Source: Gammaproteobacteria bacterium
GTDB taxonomy: Bacteria; Pseudomonadota; Gammaproteobacteria; Pseudomonadales; Pseudohongiellaceae
Assembly: GCA_041306975.1 (NCBI GenBank)
Contig: JBFZEG010000161.1
Span: 5,658-69,657, forward strand
Length of the DNA stretch: 64,000 nt
Reading direction: 5' to 3'
Position numbers and translations under genes: made by a program
The notes under the pieces: model-generated
Database searches by the model: none
Told to the model about the DNA's origin: nothing
What the model saw: the letters and a program-made list of their open reading frames with translations, nothing else
In this document: one piece after another, positions 1 through 8,791 of the stretch
Numbering within the stretch: position 1 is the first letter of the stretch
Layout of the letters: every line of letters starts with the position of its first letter

Positions 1-939
1 GTTACACGCAGCCACATTGACGGTCTGCCCTGCGATACAGGCTCTGGGATACAAAAAGGTTGCGCTGTTACCCGCGTTGGTTTGACGCAGATCCATGCGG
101 CCGCCCAGCGGACTCGTATTGGAAATCACTCCTTCCTGATAAATAGTGTTTGGTACACCATCTGTGTTGCTCACACTGAACGGGTTGTTGAGGAGCGCGA
201 TGTTGTTGCTCCACTCCCGTCGCGACCCTTGGTAAATCGCATCCAGATCCGCATACTCGGCACCAATAACAAGATGGCCGCGGCCTTCAAACACATCGTC
301 ACCCCAGGCGGCTGACACGCGATTCTGTCGCCCGTCAGCTTGGTCTGTCATGCCAATCTGAGTGATGATCTCACGACCTTCAAATTGGCGGTCAAGCTCG
401 ACGTTTACAACACCGGCGATGGCATCCGGTCCGTATACCGCTCCGGCACCCACGGTTTGAACTTCCGTGCGCCTGATGAGCGATGGATTTATGATTGTCA
501 GGTCTACCTGTGCTCCCGTGGCATTGCCTGGCACAAAAACGGTTCCTTGGTTAGACGAGACAAACCGTCGACCATCAACCAGTGTTAAGGTTCGCTGTGA
601 GCCAAGGCCGAGAAGGTTCACGAAAGCATTATTGTCACCAAATTGTGTGCTGTTACCTTGGTTGTTAACGCCCACATTCACAAAAGGCAGCTGTTCAAGG
701 CTCTCTATCGCATTCACCAAGCCTTGACGGGAGATCTGCGCGCCATCAATTTCGATCACTGCAATGTTCTGAAGATCTGTGTCACGACGGATACGTGAAC
801 CGGTCACCAGCACTTCTTCTATTTCTGTAGCGCCAGGCTCAGATACCTGAGCCTCTGCAAGTAGCGGCGCGGCGAGCGCAACCGTCAGGCAGTAATTAAT
901 TGACATGCGTAATTTACCGCGCCCGCTCATAGTAATCAT
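1..939 (-). CDS. TonB-dependent receptor, N-terminal part (runs off the window edge)
   Basis: Not in ORF track. Manual translation of minus strand: signal-like N-terminus, EIEEVLVTGSRIRR (TonB-box region), LLGLGSQRTLTLVDGRR and GAGAVYGPDAIAGVVN plug motifs; frame open to position 1. Start 939 chosen for GAGG RBS (930/948 possible). Confidence 0.9.
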   Translation of the reverse strand, partial: MITMSGRGKLRMSINYCLTVALAAPLLAEAQVSEPGATEIEEVLVTGSRIRRDTDLQNIAVIEIDGAQISRQGLVNAIESLEQLPFVNVGVNNQGNSTQFGDNNAFVNLLGLGSQRTLTLVDGRRFVSSNQGTVFVPGNATGAQVDLTIINPSLIRRTEVQTVGAGAVYGPDAIAGVVNVELDRQFEGREIITQIGMTDQADGRQNRVSAAWGDDVFEGRGHLVIGAEYADLDAIYQGSRREWSNNIALLNNPFSVSNTDGVPNTIYQEGVISNTSPLGGRMDLRQTNAGNSATFLYPRACIAGQTVNVAACN

Positions 940-1130
940 GTGCCCCATCCTCTTGTTATAATTTTGATTCAAACATTGGAAAAATAAACACGCGTCATAA
1001 AAGAGTCAAGGTTATTCTGACGATCAAACCAAAAATATTTTATTCCTGAATTTGCTATAGATTATCAGGCTGATGGGGTGCTCAAGCGCACGATGTATCG
1101 GGTAATAATGAGTAATGCGGGGGGGGGTAG

Positions 1131-1181
1131 TATATGGTGCCGACACCAGGAGTCGAACCCGGGACCTACTGATTACAAGTC
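1131..1181 (-). repeat. att-core direct repeat: copy of the tRNA-Thr 3' half
   Basis: tatatggtgccgacaccaggagtcgaacccgggacctactgattacaagtc is identical to 9141-9191; lacks the tRNA 5' part. Confidence 0.95.
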
Positions 1182-1313
1182 GTACAAACCCAACCTTGGT
1201 CAGTGCTTATCATCATTAATATTACTTATATATTTCATGTAGTTAATTGACCTCAAAAGCATAATGTCATTCTCTGATGTTGATCGAAGTGGAGCAGTAT
1301 TCTCATTTTCTGG

Positions 1314-1331
1314 TTACATCCACCGTGACAT
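1314..1331 (+). promoter_or_regulatory. Putative integrase arm-type site (left)
   Basis: ttacatccaccgtgacat matches 9070-9087 at 17/18; partial third copy ggttacaaccgtg near 1354-1366. Confidence 0.6.
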
Positions 1332-1561
1332 TTCAAATTCAGGCTTTTTTGTGGGTTACAACCGTGCCTCAATAACAAGGTGATCTGATTAGCTTCCTGC
1401 ATTCAGAGCCGCTGCCGCTTCCTGCAGACTTATGATCATCATACATTTCCAAACCTTTCGCCTGATTCAGCATGGACTTGGACAGCCTGAGCTTTTATGC
1501 TTGGCAAGCTTGAGCAGGTGGTCAAACCATCTGAAAAGTCAGACTTTCGAGGGAGGTCATA

Positions 1562-2683
1562 ATGCGCAAGAACATTCACGGATTACTTCTCGGTTTCGCC
1601 ATCGCTGGAATTTTTTCCATGATCAGCCTGCAGGCTCAGACACCCAGCTACCTGGAGGTCCGCTTCTTTCAGCTGGCACAGTATCTAAATGCTTCCGAGG
1701 TTCTTCAGGCTGCAGTATTCGACGAGATCGTCGTCAGTAACGAGTCCCCCGAATCGAAGTTCGGCAAGACCCTGCTGATCGAGGAGATCGAAGAGTTGTC
1801 CAAGGCGGAGTTTTCACACTATCACTCAGCGACCAACCATATGGCTATGCTTGGTCCATTCCGAGTCTTCGAGACCCGCGCCACTCCCGGGCTGCAATCC
1901 ATGATTCGTGACGAGTTTGATGATGCAAAAGTGGCGAGTGTTCTGGCCGCCAACAGCAGTATTCCCCCCGTCGCCGTTGATGTGCTTGAGCGCGGTCGTA
2001 AGTTCGGCATCACCCTGCTGAACATCTACTCAGACAACAATGTGCTGGACAAGCACGGCGCCGTCGAACAGGCTTTGCAAGAGTACCTGAGCGATGATTT
2101 GCTATCGGTCGCTGCGATGCCCAAGTCGCCTGCTCTGCTTTCTAATCATCCCCATGCTTATGCCTTCCGCGTAGGTTTTCCGCAATTCAGTGGACTTACC
2201 TGGGCTACTCAGTGGTTGCAGATCGCTGCGCTCGAGGCAACAATTCTGGCCGGCAACGATGCGGAACTGGAAGCTGGCATCGCATTGGTGCTCGCGCTGT
2301 ACGAAGAAAAGATTTCTCCAACTCACGGAACTCTGATGGGTCTACCGACTGACATCCCGACGATGCCCGCCATCGCACCGAATTTTTACAGTTTTCACCC
2401 GGGCGCTGCTTATGTTCTGGACAATATCTCCCTACTGAAAGTCGTGATCGGGGACCTTCTGGCGCATCCGGATGTGCCCGACCGTGTTGCTGCGATCGAA
2501 GCCGCCGTGGCAAATTACACCGACAAGACCAACAACCTCGACGAAGAGATGGAGTATCTCGGATTCGTTCTGCGTGGTGGCATTTTTAATCAGGGCGGCC
2601 CAGCTCTGGGTGGATTAACTCAGTCAGAGCGCAACCGTTCCAGATCTGCCACTCAGCACGTGAGCAACTATCCGATGCGTTGA
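1562..2683 (+). CDS. Hypothetical exported protein (373 aa)
   Basis: Long ORF, GGAGG RBS, Sec-type signal peptide ending LQA-Q; no named family recognised. Confidence 0.8.
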   Translation: MRKNIHGLLLGFAIAGIFSMISLQAQTPSYLEVRFFQLAQYLNASEVLQAAVFDEIVVSNESPESKFGKTLLIEEIEELSKAEFSHYHSATNHMAMLGPFRVFETRATPGLQSMIRDEFDDAKVASVLAANSSIPPVAVDVLERGRKFGITLLNIYSDNNVLDKHGAVEQALQEYLSDDLLSVAAMPKSPALLSNHPHAYAFRVGFPQFSGLTWATQWLQIAALEATILAGNDAELEAGIALVLALYEEKISPTHGTLMGLPTDIPTMPAIAPNFYSFHPGAAYVLDNISLLKVVIGDLLAHPDVPDRVAAIEAAVANYTDKTNNLDEEMEYLGFVLRGGIFNQGGPALGGLTQSERNRSRSATQHVSNYPMR

Positions 2684-2727
2684 GCTATCGGAGCGAAGTT
2701 CGAGTAACTCAAGAGGTAATAGCTGTC

Positions 2728-4440
2728 ATGAAAAAGGTTCATGCTTCTTGCATAGGCATATCTCTGGCATTGGCTTCCGCATTAGCATCCGGCACCGCGA
2801 GTGCCTCGCTCGACAGGACGGGCGACTTTGCATTGCTGGACAGTGATGGTGAATTCCATCAACTGAGTCGTTATCAACATCGCAAGGCAGTCGTCCTGAT
2901 GTCCTATGCGCAGGCCTGCTCTGGCATTGATGCAAGCTTAGCGCGATATCAGCAGATGCACTCACGGTACGCAGAACAGGGCGTCGAGTTCCTGCTGCTG
3001 GATTCCCAGGGGATGGATCGCGCTGCATTGCGTGAACTGGACATGCCCTTGCCGATCTTGCAGGACAATGGTCAGCTAATTTCTCAGGCGCTTGGCATCA
3101 CGAATGCTGGCGACGTTCGAGTATTGAACCCAGATCGTCTCTCAATTTTCTTCGAAGGGACCGTTGGTGACGAACTTGAGGCCACCTTGTCTGATTTGCT
3201 AACAACGGATCAGCGCGATACCGTCACGACCGAAAATACATTGGGTTGTAAGATCGATTACCCCGTACGTGAAAGACACGCTGCGGATGTGCCAGACTAT
3301 GCTACGGAAGTCGCACCGATCATCATCGATAATTGTGTCCCCTGTCATAGGCAGTTCGGCGTCGGGCCGTTTGCTATCGATAAATATGTTTCTTTGCTGG
3401 GCTGGTCCCCGATGATTCGGGAAGTGCTACTAAACAAACGGATGCCTCCGGCACAGATTGATCCCAGTATCGGGCATTCACCCGATGCGCGATACGTTGC
3501 AACCGCTGATATTCAGACTCTGCTGCACTGGTTCGACGCAGGTGCTCCTCGGGGCGAGGGCGCAGATCCTCTGGAGGCGCTGAACTGGGTTGAGAGCAAG
3601 GAGTGGATTCTTGGTGAGCCGGACATGGTAGTCAGTGCGCCACCTCTACGAATTCCTCCCGTGGGTATCCTAGACTACGTTTACGCCGATGTGGAGTTGC
3701 CTTTAACTGAAGACAAGTGGGTCACTGCTGTTCAGTACATGCCTGATGCGACCAGTGCTTTGCACCATCTGATGGGATTTGTCACCGCTCCTGAGGAGGA
3801 CTTCTGGGGAGAAGAGCGCGTCAGCAATACCTCTACCAGAACCTTCTTGGACAGCTACGCCCCCGGCAAGCCCAGTGCAACCACCTTCTCCGTTGGCAGT
3901 GCGGTATTCATTCCAAAAGGCCACAAGCTTTCACTGCAATTTCATTTTGTGGGTATTGGCGCCGAGTTGCAGGATGCTACCAAAATCGGACTCTACTTCT
4001 CCGATTCTCCTGACGGGGACGGGCTGAAACAGCGCCTGGTTCAAGCGGTCTCAGCGCAGCTCTTGCTGCCTCCCAATGAGCATGAGATTCCAGCTCATGC
4101 GGAGTATGTCTTCGAGGAATCGATAGTCATCACGGGTGTGCGTGCCAAGATGAACGCCCGTGGCAAGAAGATGAAGTTCAGTATCGAATACCCTGATGGC
4201 ACGATTAGGGACTTGTTGAGCGTGCCAGCATACAACTATGGATGGCAGCCACATTATGAACTGGATGAGCCCGTCACTATTCCGGCAGGTACAAAGGTGC
4301 ACGTTTCGGGAGCCTTCGACAACTCCATATCTAACCCGTTCAATCCAGACCCGGAGACCGAAGTGCGCACCGGGTTGAACAGCACAGATGAGATCTTCAC
4401 TGGCTATTTCACTTACCACAAGGCAGAAAAAGGGCGGTAG
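2728..4440 (+). CDS. Redoxin + cytochrome c + copper type II (PHM-like) monooxygenase-fold protein; CuM ligands degenerate
   Basis: Signal peptide; thioredoxin-like N-domain (DFALLDSDG); CVPCH heme motif; ALHHLM and LQFHF; VPAYNYGWQ and NPFNPDP family motifs. Start MKKVH after GAGGT. Confidence 0.8.
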   Translation: MKKVHASCIGISLALASALASGTASASLDRTGDFALLDSDGEFHQLSRYQHRKAVVLMSYAQACSGIDASLARYQQMHSRYAEQGVEFLLLDSQGMDRAALRELDMPLPILQDNGQLISQALGITNAGDVRVLNPDRLSIFFEGTVGDELEATLSDLLTTDQRDTVTTENTLGCKIDYPVRERHAADVPDYATEVAPIIIDNCVPCHRQFGVGPFAIDKYVSLLGWSPMIREVLLNKRMPPAQIDPSIGHSPDARYVATADIQTLLHWFDAGAPRGEGADPLEALNWVESKEWILGEPDMVVSAPPLRIPPVGILDYVYADVELPLTEDKWVTAVQYMPDATSALHHLMGFVTAPEEDFWGEERVSNTSTRTFLDSYAPGKPSATTFSVGSAVFIPKGHKLSLQFHFVGIGAELQDATKIGLYFSDSPDGDGLKQRLVQAVSAQLLLPPNEHEIPAHAEYVFEESIVITGVRAKMNARGKKMKFSIEYPDGTIRDLLSVPAYNYGWQPHYELDEPVTIPAGTKVHVSGAFDNSISNPFNPDPETEVRTGLNSTDEIFTGYFTYHKAEKGR

Positions 4441-4463
4441 GTTTACACCTACCGCCCTTAATT
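4427..4463. terminator. Intrinsic terminator between convergent genes, probably bidirectional
   Basis: 13-bp perfect stem aagggcggtaggt / acctaccgccctt (4430-4459) with 4-nt loop and A/T-rich flanks. Confidence 0.8.
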
Positions 4464-4505
4464 TATTAAGACCTAAAGCCTAAAAACAATAAACCCTTTC
4501 CTCGA

Positions 4506-5891
4506 TTATTCAGCGGCTACTGAGCGCTGCTTTGCTACTTCACGCTCTGCAACGAGTTCGGCGTAACCGGCGTCGTCCAAGTGTGTAACAGCGATCCAGG
4601 CGTGCGTCATTTCGTCAGCTGTACGGCTACCCTCCACAACCCAGAAGTCAGGATCAGGATTGTTTGGGTTGTCGGCAGTGTTGTCGTACCACTGCTTAAT
4701 CACCAGAACCGCACCAGCGGGGAGCAGTGGTGCTACATCCTCGGCATACAGGTGGCTATGATGCCACGTAGCACTCCAGTTGGAGACCTGGCTCAGTTGC
4801 TCTGTACGACCGGTATCAGGATAATAAACTTCAAGTGAGGCGGCGCGCAGACGCAAGTGACCGTGCGGCTGGAAGCTGTCGATACGGACTGGGTGATCGA
4901 ATGAGTGGAATCCCTGTGTCATGGCAGTACCATGCGGCGGAACAATCAACTCACCATCGTTCAGTCTGTATAACTTCAGATCCTGCTTGTACTTGGCTAC
5001 TTCTTCGTAGCCTTCCGGGTGTAACCAGATACCAATTTCAACAACGTTGTCCTCGATGACTGCGCCCGGTGCTGTCGCGCCCACACCGCCGGGGAACATG
5101 TGGATATCCCAGCGAACGCGTGAGTTGGCAGGCAGCGTGCGGCACACGCCTTCCGGCATTATCTCGCCCCACTTACCCATCGCATACTCAGTCAACTGCC
5201 CGAAGTCTTCGTACTCGCCTTCACTGTTCGGAATCTCGATGTCAGAGTTTGCGTGGTGCACCACTGCCTTCGCATTGCCAGCCGGCTTCACTTGAATAGC
5301 CTTGATGCAGCGATCTTGGTCCAGACCGGTGTAAACGTATGGACGGTGCCACATGTCGTTGCCCCGTGCAGGCACATCGATTGGCTCGGACGCTAGGATC
5401 ATGCTGGGCTCGCCGTACATGGAGGCATAAGTCCACTGATCGGGATCCGGCAGGTCTGCCACGGGATGGCTGCGATCGCCCCAGTCACCCTCGGGAGCGC
5501 CCTGCGCTACCCAAGTAGTCACCGCTGCAATCTCTTCATCAGACAGTCGCCAGTCACCTTGCAGATCCTGAATGCCAATGTGATCGTCATAGGAATAAGG
5601 AGGCATTTCCTTGTTGGCAACACGCATGCTAATCAGCGGTGCCCAAGGACGAATCTGTTCGTAGTTGGTAAGCTGCATAGGGCCAACACCGCCCTCGCGA
5701 TGGCAGACAACGCAGTTATCCGTGATGATCTGTGCAACGTGGTCAGCATAAGTCACTGCATCCGAGTCATTGATTGCCAGGGATGACTGTGCCTGGCTCT
5801 GACCGGCGAGTCCAAATATTGACAGCGCAGCGAGCCCGAAGGCAGCTTTACCTAAACTTGCTTTTTTGCTTATTTTTTTAATTTTAATCAT
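4506..5891 (-). CDS. Cytochrome c + copper type II (PHM/DBH-like) monooxygenase-fold protein, intact ligand set
   Basis: Signal peptide; CVVCH heme motif; VVHHA, DIHM, PHGH and DEM match the CuH (His,His,His) and CuM (His,His,Met) pattern. Start 5891 after GAGGAG. Confidence 0.8.
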   Translation of the reverse strand: MIKIKKISKKASLGKAAFGLAALSIFGLAGQSQAQSSLAINDSDAVTYADHVAQIITDNCVVCHREGGVGPMQLTNYEQIRPWAPLISMRVANKEMPPYSYDDHIGIQDLQGDWRLSDEEIAAVTTWVAQGAPEGDWGDRSHPVADLPDPDQWTYASMYGEPSMILASEPIDVPARGNDMWHRPYVYTGLDQDRCIKAIQVKPAGNAKAVVHHANSDIEIPNSEGEYEDFGQLTEYAMGKWGEIMPEGVCRTLPANSRVRWDIHMFPGGVGATAPGAVIEDNVVEIGIWLHPEGYEEVAKYKQDLKLYRLNDGELIVPPHGTAMTQGFHSFDHPVRIDSFQPHGHLRLRAASLEVYYPDTGRTEQLSQVSNWSATWHHSHLYAEDVAPLLPAGAVLVIKQWYDNTADNPNNPDPDFWVVEGSRTADEMTHAWIAVTHLDDAGYAELVAEREVAKQRSVAAE

Positions 5892-6050
5892 CTTCTCCTC
5901 CCGAATGAGTGATAACTTCAGCAAGCTAAACCGCCGATGACTATTGCATACTACAGAGCATCGTGTTTTGCAACTATTTTCGAATCACGAATATTAAATT
6001 ATTGTATTTTTTGTGTTCTTGGTCTAATGAGAGATTACTAATATCTCTCC

Positions 6051-6992
6051 TCACGGAATCACGGTAACCCGCTGAAAAACGTTTGTCCAACAGCATTGGT
6101 CCCCTTCTGTGCTGTCTGTCGCATCCCAGTTGTCTGCCATTGTTCTGATCATGTATTCGCCTGGCTGCGAGAAGGTAGCTATGACACTTGCGACGCCGTT
6201 CCCACTACTCAGCTCGGTTTCGTCGGGGCCGGCCTGTTGCGCGCCACGGGCGATTTGCTGTTCAGACAACACGGGGGGTGGCTCAGAAGTGGAATGACGT
6301 TCCCAAGTGACCTGACCCTCACCCTGATGTTTGTACCAAGAAACGCGAACCGGAATACCTTCAATGTTGCGCGGGTCGGTCATATCGCGTACTGAAGGAT
6401 CTTCAACGTACACTGTTAGGGTGGCCGGTGAACCGGCTTTAACAGTCAGAGCTTCTGCAGAGACCAGACCCATTGGATCTTGGCCCTTGGGGCCGTCAGG
6501 GGAGAAGGCAACAAGGGGAGCAACGGAGCCGGCAGGGCGCGGCTTCTTGTCCAGGGTGTAGCCCAAGGCCCCACGACGCCCCTTCACTTTCAGTTCTTCG
6601 TGCTCGCCAGTCTTGATGTGCCACCAGACTTCCCCATCGCGCATTGAGTCAGGCACTGTTATGGTGAATACGCCAGTATGGCGCCTGGTTTCAAAACGTG
6701 CCGGCTGCATACCGCTGTACTCTGCGGGTTCGATGCGATTGTTCGAGCCCAGCGGGACCTCCAGTGCTTCGCCAGTGTTGCGATTAAGATAGCCGAATGA
6801 GTAAGTGACAGAGCCATCTTCGTTTTCGTAGGCGCCTTCGAATATCGGGATGACCGGAAGGCCGACCGGCGCACGCAGTCCGAGAGGACGAGAGATCGTC
6901 GGCAATTGCTGCGCGTGGACAGGCACTATACTTGCGGCGACGAGGATTGCCCCCACCATGAGACAGAACACCATCGTAAGCTTCTTCTGCAT
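6051..6992 (-). CDS. Hypothetical exported protein (313 aa) with C-terminal CCWTN motif
   Basis: Long ORF with RBS and signal peptide (VHA-Q); PIFEG..N.DGS..FGYLNRN N-domain; beta-rich C-domain. Confidence 0.8.
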   Translation of the reverse strand: MQKKLTMVFCLMVGAILVAASIVPVHAQQLPTISRPLGLRAPVGLPVIPIFEGAYENEDGSVTYSFGYLNRNTGEALEVPLGSNNRIEPAEYSGMQPARFETRRHTGVFTITVPDSMRDGEVWWHIKTGEHEELKVKGRRGALGYTLDKKPRPAGSVAPLVAFSPDGPKGQDPMGLVSAEALTVKAGSPATLTVYVEDPSVRDMTDPRNIEGIPVRVSWYKHQGEGQVTWERHSTSEPPPVLSEQQIARGAQQAGPDETELSSGNGVASVIATFSQPGEYMIRTMADNWDATDSTEGDQCCWTNVFQRVTVIP

Positions 6993-7290
6993 TGAAATTT
7001 CCCCCTATACTACTGTTATTATTTTGAAGGCTAAAATTCACGATTAGAATTAAATCAGGACTTTGGCCTTCCCGCAATGTAAAAAATTTAATGCTGCGGC
7101 CCGTCATTCTGCCTTTCAGAATTCCTCAACAGAGCCCGATCTCCAGTCTCGTCCCCGCACTAACTCGGTGATGCAAGCGCCCGCCTTCAAATCAGACCGA
7201 CTCTCTCTTTCTTAAAATTGCAGCACCTGCGCCTTTGCAAGCGCTTGGGCGGCATTGTTCTTTTGCAACATTCGTGGCATTTGTGCTGTC

Positions 7291-7407
7291 CGCTGATTTG
7301 CCTGTTCGTTTGACCCACAATACGTCATTAGCGTTGAGAGGTCGCGCCTTGTTATCAGTGTTAAAGTTAAATGCAACCAGTGGGTCAGATTTGGATGCAA
7401 CTCAACC
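7291..7407. mobile_element. IS21-like miniature element, copy 1 (117 bp, degenerate ends)
   Basis: Imperfect terminal inverted repeats (gctgatttgcc..tttgacccac / gtgggtcagatttggatgcaactcaac); collinear similarity to 8792-8942. Confidence 0.65.
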
Positions 7408-7429
7408 TAGCCCAAACTCCCACCAGCCG

Positions 7430-8644
7430 CTAGTCGAGCAAGCCAAAGCCCATGCGCCCGCGCTCCACGCGATGCCCGACGTCAAGAACGTACTCTGAAC
7501 TTATAGACGCGACCGTCGGCGTGCCGCTGCCCATCATCGCAATGGTGAGCTCTCGGTTAAGTAGGTTCAGTACGCGTTCCACTCCGGCTTGCCCAAACGC
7601 GCCCAGCCCCCAGCAGTAGGGGCGGCCTATTCCGGCAGCGCTCGCCCCAAGTGAAAGCGCTTTGTAGATATCTGTTCCGCGACGGAAGCCGCCGTCTATG
7701 ATGACGGGTATACGCCCATTAACAGCGGCAATGATCTCGGGAAGGCACTCTATCGTTGCGCGCTCTGTCTCAACCGCGCGTCCCCCATGGTTCGATACGA
7801 CTATGCCGTCTGCGCCATGTTGAACTGCGAAGGCGGCGTCGATTCCGGTCTCTATTCCTTTGATTATCACTTTCATTGAAGTCACTTCTTTCATGCGGCC
7901 GATGACGTTCCAGGTTAAGGAAGAGTCATTAAGCATAACCCCAGTCATGTCGAAGCCTCTAAACGCGGGCTTGGATTGGCCAGTATGACAAACACTGCAA
8001 TCTCGATCGTCTTCACGGGCGAGGAGCGACTGAGTCTCGGTGTTACGGCCTGCCGGCAGGTCTATCGTCAGGCACACTGCGGTCGCGCCGGCTGCTTCCG
8101 CACGCCTTATCATGGATACCGTGTACTCCCAGCGATTTGTCGGATACAGCTGAAACCAGATCGGTGCGTCGCGCGCTTCAATCACTGCTTCGATTGGAGT
8201 AGAAGATTGGGTAGACAGAATCATGTGGTGCCCAACTGCGGCGGCCGCGCGTGCGGTACCAAGCTCTGCGTCGGCATGAAACGCACCCTGACTGCCGACC
8301 GGGCAGATGACGATAGGGGATTTTGCCGTCGTGCCAAGCAGATCGATGCTCAGATCGGGCTTGCTTACGTCTACGAGGCGCCGAGGCCTTATCTGAAACC
8401 GAGTAAAACCCGCGCGATTAGCGCGCAGGGTAGCGTCGCTATCGACACCAGTGTTTAGATAGCCGAAATGAGCAGGTGGTATCTTTTCGCGCGCGATAGA
8501 TTCCATTTCGAAAACGTTGATCACCTCTGAAGGATCTTTTAGGCGCTCTCCCAGCGTTTCTTCAACTTCCTGCGCGAAAGCAGAATAACTCGTTAAAAGA
8601 GGACTTGCTGCAAGAAATCTAAGAAACTCACGGCGTTGGTTCAT
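7430..8644 (-). CDS. FMN-dependent alpha-hydroxy acid dehydrogenase/oxidase (LldD/glycolate oxidase family), Tat signal, CxxCH insert
   Basis: WFQLY, IIKGI, SNHGGR and DGGFRRGTD motifs; N-terminal QRREFL twin-arginine signal; CSVCH. Confidence 0.9.
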   Translation of the reverse strand: MNQRREFLRFLAASPLLTSYSAFAQEVEETLGERLKDPSEVINVFEMESIAREKIPPAHFGYLNTGVDSDATLRANRAGFTRFQIRPRRLVDVSKPDLSIDLLGTTAKSPIVICPVGSQGAFHADAELGTARAAAAVGHHMILSTQSSTPIEAVIEARDAPIWFQLYPTNRWEYTVSMIRRAEAAGATAVCLTIDLPAGRNTETQSLLAREDDRDCSVCHTGQSKPAFRGFDMTGVMLNDSSLTWNVIGRMKEVTSMKVIIKGIETGIDAAFAVQHGADGIVVSNHGGRAVETERATIECLPEIIAAVNGRIPVIIDGGFRRGTDIYKALSLGASAAGIGRPYCWGLGAFGQAGVERVLNLLNRELTIAMMGSGTPTVASISSEYVLDVGHRVERGRMGFGLLD

Positions 8645-8791
8645 AGCTTAAAGTGCTCTGATTGTCAGTTTAAGGTTAGTGAATTAGCTCACTGTCTACC
8701 ACCGAAAATAGTCGGTTTTATACTTGATGTCTAGCACTGAGCGGAGGGAGGAGTAGAGTAAAAGGCATACTGCACGCTTTAAGATTATTCA

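Noticed and set aside
82-727. Three short plus-strand ORFs in the track
   Set aside because: Antisense shadows of the TonB-dependent receptor frame.
1135-1181. Second tRNA-Thr gene
   Set aside because: Only the 3' 47 nt are present; D-arm and 5' acceptor strand are missing, so it is an att repeat.
1389-1442. Tiny minus-strand ORF MMIISLQEAAAALNAGS resembling an excisionase HTH start or an integrase tail
   Set aside because: Only 17 aa, an in-frame stop lies shortly upstream and no other motif supports it.
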